Assembly: GCA_001742785.1 (NCBI GenBank)
Contig: MCBF01000001.1
Span: forward strand, 458,164-471,364
DNA: 13,201 nt
From: Candidatus Altiarchaeales archaeon IMC4
GTDB lineage: Archaea > Altiarchaeota > Altiarchaeia > IMC4
Direction: 5' to 3'
The notes below the pieces were generated by a model, which was not told the origin of the DNA, made no database searches, and saw only the letters and a program-made list of their open reading frames with translations. Each line of letters begins with the position of its first letter. The first letter of the stretch is position 1. The position numbers were made by a program, and so were the translations under genes. Positions 8,065-13,201 of the stretch are shown in pieces.

Positions 8065-8092
8065 TTTGCAATTTGCATTTTTCAATTTGCAA
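8065..8092 (+). repeat. 4 x 7-nt degenerate tandem repeat (TTTGCAA TTTGCAT TTTTCAA TTTGCAA)
   Basis: Read directly; ends 8 nt before the ATG at 8101. Confidence 0.75.
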
Positions 8093-8100
8093 TAAATAAA

Positions 8101-8982
8101 ATGCCCGTAATTCCAATCGATGTGCGTTACGATGAAAAACTCATCGGCCCCCTTAGCCTCAAACAGTCCATATACGCAATGTTGTTTTTCGGGTCTGCCG
8201 CATGTATTTTCCTATTTACCAACATAGACTATTTTTTAAAAATAATAATGTCACTTGTCCTTGTCATTTTGGGCATCGGCTTTTCGATGTTCGACCTTGA
8301 CAGGCAGATACTCAACTACTTCTCCTTTTTCACATCGAGAAAAGAAACATCCTGGATATCGCCGGAAGCAAGGGAATTGATGGGGATCCGGGATATACGC
8401 GCGGATGCGGTCTTTCTTGAAGGCAGGATTACCGGCCTCATCAGGGTTAAGCCGATAAACTTCGGCATATTAGGCAAAGATGATCAGGACACCGTAATCT
8501 ACGGGTTCCTGGAGTTCCTCAACTCGCTTTCGTTCCCGATACAGATAATCATGAGGAGCGTCAACCTCGACCTGACCGAGTATCTGGACCAGATGCAGTC
8601 GCGAATAGAGCGAAGGGACGACAAGATAGCGATGGCATACTTCGAGCATTTCGGCGAGTACATGAAGGCGTACATAGAGACGAACAGGATAAACGACCGC
8701 TTCTTCTACATAGTCGTGCCTGCAGATATGAAAGGCGACGAGAGAAAGATCATAAAGAACCTCGAAGGCAGGTGCCGCTCGATAATTGATTCACTGGCGA
8801 TATCGGGTATTGTCGCGCAAAGGATGACCACCCAGCAGCTTTTGAACTTTTACGCGTCTTATTTCACGGAGAACTTCGAGATAGACGAAAGCTACCTGTC
8901 GCCGATAACTATCTACAAGAGGATGTGGCACGAGGCGCCAAAGCACCCGTATTCGGAAGGAACAAGCGATGAACCTAAATGA
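8101..8982 (+). CDS. PrgI-family membrane protein fused to a TraC-like/VirB4-accessory domain
   Basis: Start reassigned from 8020 to 8101: 'MPVIPIDVRYDEKLIGPLSLKQ' plus two hydrophobic helices is PrgI-like, followed by 'VKPINFGIL..DDQD.VIYGFLEFLNSLSFPIQIIMRS...RFFYIVVP'. Overlaps the ATPase gene by 14 nt. Confidence 0.75.
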   Translation: MPVIPIDVRYDEKLIGPLSLKQSIYAMLFFGSAACIFLFTNIDYFLKIIMSLVLVILGIGFSMFDLDRQILNYFSFFTSRKETSWISPEARELMGIRDIRADAVFLEGRITGLIRVKPINFGILGKDDQDTVIYGFLEFLNSLSFPIQIIMRSVNLDLTEYLDQMQSRIERRDDKIAMAYFEHFGEYMKAYIETNRINDRFFYIVVPADMKGDERKIIKNLEGRCRSIIDSLAISGIVAQRMTTQQLLNFYASYFTENFEIDESYLSPITIYKRMWHEAPKHPYSEGTSDEPK

Positions 8983-11278
8983 TTTGTTAAAAGGCATACC
9001 CTTTTTGGGGAAGAAAGAAGAGAAAAAAGAGGAAGCGGGCCAGGAGTACCGCGAATACGAGGACAAGCTGATAGAGTACCTCACCTCGCCGTCCATGGTA
9101 AGAATCCACTCCGACGACATACAGATTGAAAAGTACCACGGGATCATTGCCGCGATAAACTACCCACGGGTCGTTGAAGCAGGATGGCTGTCCCGGCTGA
9201 TACAGATGAACCTTGACTTTGACCTGTCAATCCATATAACCCCCTACTTGATAGAGTCCACAATAAAACTTCTCGAAAACGAGACAAAGAAGCAGAAGAC
9301 CGACATCTACGGCCTTGAGTCCGAGGGCAAGGTGGTTCCGAAATCGCTTTTGCAGAAGCACGAGGACACCGTAGCGCTTCTGGACCAGATACAAAAGGGG
9401 ACGGAGAAGATGTTCGACATGAGCCTCTACATAGACGCAAAAGCATACGAAAAGAAGGAGCTTGAGTCCGTGACCAAGAGGATAAGGGCTACGATGAACT
9501 CAATAATGATCGCCCCGAAGGTCCCATCGTTCCAGATGTACAAGGGGCTTCGTTCCGTTTTGCCCATAGGGCAGGACGAACTCAAGATAACAAGGAACAT
9601 AACCTCCTCCGCGGCAGCGGCGTGTTTCCCCTTCTCGGTTACCTCCCTTGAAACACACGCGACGGGCATTCTTATCGGCTTCAACCAGTTCAACAACATC
9701 CCGATAATACTTGACCCGTTCAGCCTTGCGAACCCGAACATACTGGTCCTTGGGACATCCGGCGGCGGGAAAAGCTACGCGGTAAAGCTTATGCTTATGC
9801 GCGAGTTCTTGGAGGGGACGGACATAAACATAATAGACCCGCAGGGGGAGTACACGGACATGGTCACTACGTTCAGCGGGCAGGTAATCCGCATAGCCCC
9901 GGATTCGAAGAGCATCATAAACCCGTTTGACCTGATGGACCAGTCGCTGGAGGAGAAGCAGCTGTCTTTGCTTGCGTTTTTCAGGGTCCTTCTGGGTGAA
10001 CTGACCGAAACCCAGCGCGCAATACTCGAGGATGCGATCGAGAATACGTATGCGGAGAAGGGGATAACGAAAGACCCGATAACATGGTCCAAGGAGCCGC
10101 CGATACTCGAGGACCTTTACAACCAGATTCAGCCACTCACGAAATCCGACAAGGAGATAATCTACAAGCCGGCGCTGGCCGTGATAAACCAGCTTAGGAT
10201 ATACATTACGGGCCCCCTCAGGTTCCTGAACCAGCAGACAAAGATAAACATGGAGAACCGCATGATCTCCTTTGACATAAGAGACATACCTGACGTAGGG
10301 AAAGGGACGATAATGTTCCTGCTCCTGGAATACGTCTACAACCAGATGAAAAAGAGCAAGAAAAGAAAGATGCTGGTCATAGACGAAGCATGGACCGTCC
10401 TTTCGGCGGGCGACCAGGCGGAGTACATACTGCGCCTCGTGAAAACCTGCAGGAAATTCAACCTCTCGCTTGTGATGCTGACGCAGGATGCGGAGGACAT
10501 CATATCCTCAAGGGCGGGGCGTGCGGTTTTGAGCAACACGGCCACGAAGATACTCCTGAAACAGGACACGACGGTTATCGATTCCCTGACGGAGAAGTTC
10601 AAGCTGAGCCCACCCGAATCGAGGTTCCTGAAGGTGGCAGCAGTAGGCAATGCACTACTCATAGCGGAAAATTCAAGGGTCCCGATATACATACACGCCT
10701 CCCCCGAGGAGCACCGGTTGATAACGACAAAACCAGAGGATCTCTTAGGAATGGAAAAAATAGGAAAACCGAAGGTTGACAAAGAAGTAGAAGTGGAGTT
10801 CGATATAAATAAGCCGGTACAGAGGAAATTCAAGTTGACGACTGAGCAGGCAAAATATCTTGAAAACATAGGGTTCATGGAGTTCAAGGGCCAGTCCCTC
10901 GATGGCGAAAACACGATATTCCTCATCAGGAACGAAACCGATTACGATGACGAGCATTTCGTCCTCCAGCACCTGATATTAGACGAGATCAAAAAACACA
11001 CGGACAAGGTAATGCTCCATTACACGGCGCTTCCGGATGCGACATTCGAAACGCCCGACGGCAGGATTGTTGCCATAGAGGTTGAAACCGCAGTATCCAA
11101 ACCTAAAAAAGAGGAAGTGGAGAAAAAGTTGAAGATACTCAAAAGGTACAACGACCACTTCTTTGTCGTTTCGGACCAGGAGATTGTAGAGAAATACAGG
11201 GAACAGTACGGTGAGACGATTACGAGAACACAGGTACAGAGGAAGATTGAATCGTATTTCAAGAAGGCAGAGGATTAA
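8969..11278 (+). CDS. virB4: VirB4-like (TraC/ConE/HerA-FtsK superfamily) ATPase with a C-terminal PD-(D/E)XK-like domain
   Basis: 769 aa; Walker A 'VLGTSGGGKS', 'IIDPQGEY', 'INPFD', Walker B 'LVIDEAW', 'RKFNLSLVMLTQ'; C-terminal 'LPDATFETPDGRIVAIEVET'. Confidence 0.88.
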   Translation: MNLNDLLKGIPFLGKKEEKKEEAGQEYREYEDKLIEYLTSPSMVRIHSDDIQIEKYHGIIAAINYPRVVEAGWLSRLIQMNLDFDLSIHITPYLIESTIKLLENETKKQKTDIYGLESEGKVVPKSLLQKHEDTVALLDQIQKGTEKMFDMSLYIDAKAYEKKELESVTKRIRATMNSIMIAPKVPSFQMYKGLRSVLPIGQDELKITRNITSSAAAACFPFSVTSLETHATGILIGFNQFNNIPIILDPFSLANPNILVLGTSGGGKSYAVKLMLMREFLEGTDINIIDPQGEYTDMVTTFSGQVIRIAPDSKSIINPFDLMDQSLEEKQLSLLAFFRVLLGELTETQRAILEDAIENTYAEKGITKDPITWSKEPPILEDLYNQIQPLTKSDKEIIYKPALAVINQLRIYITGPLRFLNQQTKINMENRMISFDIRDIPDVGKGTIMFLLLEYVYNQMKKSKKRKMLVIDEAWTVLSAGDQAEYILRLVKTCRKFNLSLVMLTQDAEDIISSRAGRAVLSNTATKILLKQDTTVIDSLTEKFKLSPPESRFLKVAAVGNALLIAENSRVPIYIHASPEEHRLITTKPEDLLGMEKIGKPKVDKEVEVEFDINKPVQRKFKLTTEQAKYLENIGFMEFKGQSLDGENTIFLIRNETDYDDEHFVLQHLILDEIKKHTDKVMLHYTALPDATFETPDGRIVAIEVETAVSKPKKEEVEKKLKILKRYNDHFFVVSDQEIVEKYREQYGETITRTQVQRKIESYFKKAED

Positions 11279-11281
11279 AAA

Positions 11282-11537
11282 ATGCAAATTGAAAAACAAG
11301 CATTTTCGCCACAAGCATTTGCGCCACAGCGCAAATGGTGTCCGCGTGAATCAGATAGATTCACGGGACACCGTTTGCGAAAATTCGCAAACGCGTGTCC
11401 CGAAATCGCAAAGCGATTTCGAGGGAAGCGAAAATGGTGTCCGCGTGAACCCGCAAGGTTCACGGGAACCAAAAGTGCACGGCACTTTTGCGTTCCCGAA
11501 ATTGCTATGCAATTTCGTGGATGCAAATTGAAAAACA
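11282..11537. mobile_element. Hairpin array C (11299-11520, 7 units plus a nested outer stem) flanked by a 17-bp direct repeat
   Basis: ATGCAAATTGAAAAACA at 11282-11298 and 11521-11537. Units at 11316-11337, 11345-11365, 11372-11393, 11401-11421, 11444-11464, 11470-11490, 11497-11517. Mobility is inferred from the duplication. Confidence 0.75.
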
Positions 11538-11920
11538 CGACGCACTTTTTGATGTTTACGCTTTTTGTACTCTTCGCAGGCAGCGCATCGGCTTTAAGCG
11601 ATGAATGTAAGGAGGGCCAACCAAACAGTTGTAGTATTGTTTACCCGAATGGCAATCCCTCGCCATGTAGCGATTCTATCTGCAAAAAATGCCAGGCGGA
11701 GTGCGAACTGGACTGGGTGCTGGGTTACGCCAGAACCATCATATCTGCCATAGTCGTGGGGCTCGCCATCCTGTTCCTCGCCATTCACGGACTGCGCCTG
11801 TTCACGTCCGGACCGGAAGGGCGCGAGGATGCGAAGCGCGGGATTGTTTACATCGTCATAGGGATTGTCATTGCGTTGGCGGCGTACGCGTTTGTTGAGT
11901 ATATGCGTTATTCCCCGTAG
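11528..11920 (+). CDS. TrbC/VirB2-like (T4SS-type) pilin 1 with signal peptide and 6-Cys N-terminal domain
   Basis: Probable TTG start at 11528 (alternative ATG at 11552) giving 'MKNTTHFLMFTLFVLFAGSASA'; pilin core 'IVVGLAILFLAIHGLRLFTSGPEGREDAKRGIVYIVIGIVIALAAYAFV' has helix-G..F.S...R..AK-helix layout. Confidence 0.75.
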   Translation: MKNTTHFLMFTLFVLFAGSASALSDECKEGQPNSCSIVYPNGNPSPCSDSICKKCQAECELDWVLGYARTIISAIVVGLAILFLAIHGLRLFTSGPEGREDAKRGIVYIVIGIVIALAAYAFVEYMRYSP

Positions 11921-11989
11921 CGGAATCCAGTGAAGCAAATCCCGCCGCATTGCACATAAATATGCCAAAAGGTATAATTTGTAATTACA

Positions 11990-12790
11990 ATGAACAAAAC
12001 CGCCGTTAGGATTGTGCTGCTTGCGATAGTTCTACTCGTGATTACTTGTTCTTCTGCGTTAAGCCCCATCTGCGAAAGCGGCGACTATACCTGCAGCAGG
12101 GTTTACCCGAATGGAGATTTTACCGACTGCAGCACATTCCCCGACAGTGTCGCCTGCAAAAAATGCCAGGCGGAGTGCGAGCGCCAGTCTGCGCTTGATG
12201 CGGTAACCGAAATCGTATACGTGGTGACAGGGGGGCTTGCCATACTCCTGCTTTCGGTGCATGGCTTTCGTTTCTTCATGTCGGATGCCGAAGGGCGCGA
12301 GGATGCGAAGCGCGGTGCAACCTACGTAGTTTTGGGCATGGTTGTCGTACTGGTCGCCGTTAATTTCACATCCTACATGATAGGGGATCTTTTTGGATCG
12401 TTGACCGAGCCTTCATGCGCCGAAGGACAGCAACGCCTATGCCCTCAACAAGACGGCGTCTGCGAGGGTTCGATGGAAACCTGCACCAATCAACTATTCT
12501 GGCCTGGCTGCAACGAAACTACGTATCTGGCCCACAATTCAAGTTACAATCTCACAGAGTCCAACTGCTCAGACACCTTGGACAACGATTGCGATGGTTT
12601 AACGGACCTAAATGATCCGGATTGCCCAACTTTACCACCAACATGTGAGAGGCAGGGCGGGAGATGGTGTTCTGCAGGCCAGCCGTTTTGTCCGGGGAAA
12701 ATAATCCGTGCATCCGATTTTCAGGAGATACAGCACTTGGGGAAGATATGCTGCAACGAAACTTGCACCGAGGGGTATATACCGCCGTAA
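11990..12790 (+). CDS. TrbC/VirB2-like pilin 2 with a C-terminal Cys-rich extension (DNDCDG motif)
   Basis: Paralog of pilin 1 ('CS.VYPNG....CS','CKKCQAECE','HG.R.F.S..EGREDAKRG'), followed by ~130 aa Cys-rich tail including 'ESNCSDTLDNDCDGLTDLNDPDC'. Confidence 0.8.
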   Translation: MNKTAVRIVLLAIVLLVITCSSALSPICESGDYTCSRVYPNGDFTDCSTFPDSVACKKCQAECERQSALDAVTEIVYVVTGGLAILLLSVHGFRFFMSDAEGREDAKRGATYVVLGMVVVLVAVNFTSYMIGDLFGSLTEPSCAEGQQRLCPQQDGVCEGSMETCTNQLFWPGCNETTYLAHNSSYNLTESNCSDTLDNDCDGLTDLNDPDCPTLPPTCERQGGRWCSAGQPFCPGKIIRASDFQEIQHLGKICCNETCTEGYIPP

Positions 12791-13142
12791 CATGTTCTCT
12801 AACCGATTGCACCACAGTGTATGTCGCCATGCACGTCGTGTCAATGCCCGTCAGGATGCGTTATTACGACTACTGTTGGGGTAAACAAAAACTGCGGCGG
12901 AGAGAAACCACTAAGTCCATGCGACTGCACAAACTGTGTAGATTGCACAAGCAAATTAAGCAGTGATACTTGTAATACTGTTACACTATGTAGTGACATT
13001 ATAGCCATCGGACTTGGGTGTATTAATTGGGAGTATAACGACCGTCAGAAGACCCTTGACTGCATAGGGCATACGATTAATGGGAATGGCGCTGAAGGCA
13101 TCTATAGTCAGTGATTTAAATAACGGAACTATTTTAGTCTAA
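12787..13142 (+). pseudogene. Frameshifted continuation of pilin 2: Cys-rich segment plus the start of a right-handed beta-helix (NosD/CASH-like) domain
   Basis: 12787-12819 reads VTCSLTDCTTV in a shifted frame; 12821-13114 (same frame as pilin 2) ends 'KTLDCIGHTINGNGAEGIY'; a further shift gives VSDLNNGTILV* to 13142. Confidence 0.55.
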
Positions 13143-13160
13143 ATTTTTTTGGCGCAATAT

Positions 13161-13179
13161 CCGGCGGATTTCCCGCCGG
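13161..13179. other. GC-rich hairpin next to a T7 tract (terminator or solo palindromic unit)
   Basis: CCGGCGG-atttc-CCGCCGG; TTTTTTT at 13144-13150. Confidence 0.4.
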
Positions 13180-13201
13180 TATGTTTCCTCATCACCTAAA
13201 T

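Noticed and set aside
8020..8100. N-terminal 27 aa of ORF 8020..8982
   Set aside because: AT-rich intergenic sequence containing the heptamer repeat; PrgI-like similarity starts at ATG 8101.
11211..11545. ORFs 11211..11531(+), 11275..11538(-), 11351..11545(-), and the first 82 aa of 11282..11920
   Set aside because: Array C read-through; the pilin signal peptide begins only at 11528.

Overview
Archaeal-style chromosomal window; a DPANN lineage such as Altiarchaeota is my inference from gene content and TATA-like promoters, and is unverified. Gene order: 3' end of a DNA methyltransferase, an AT-rich UPF0175/DUF3368(PIN) toxin-antitoxin pair bracketed by a 29-bp direct repeat, an HDAC-family deacetylase, a 55-aa CxxC-x17-CxxC zinc-finger gene missed by the ORF track, PMM/PGM, a homocitrate-synthase-family enzyme with a C-terminal AsnC/RAM-like domain, GTP-dependent PEPCK, and a minimal T4SS-like module. 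The module comprises a PrgI-like membrane protein, a VirB4-like ATPase with a C-terminal PD-(D/E)XK-like domain, two VirB2/TrbC-like pilins with Cys-rich domains, and a frameshifted adhesin-like tail. The most unusual signal is non-coding: three intergenic arrays (1214-1411, 4353-4761, 11299-11520) containing about 27 short hairpins. Stem sequences differ but most share one geometry: 8-9 bp stem, 3-5 nt loop, one extrahelical base, and a short outer stem formed by alternating GGACAC/GTGTCC or GGAAC/GTTCC linkers. The arrays share identical modules, show a nested insertion with a compensatory base change, and have mobile-element-like boundaries (a 17-bp direct repeat; 15-bp terminal inverted repeats with a TAT duplication). 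This suggests a structure-defined, REP/BIME-like mobile repeat family. No transposase, integrase, CRISPR array, tRNA or rRNA was seen.
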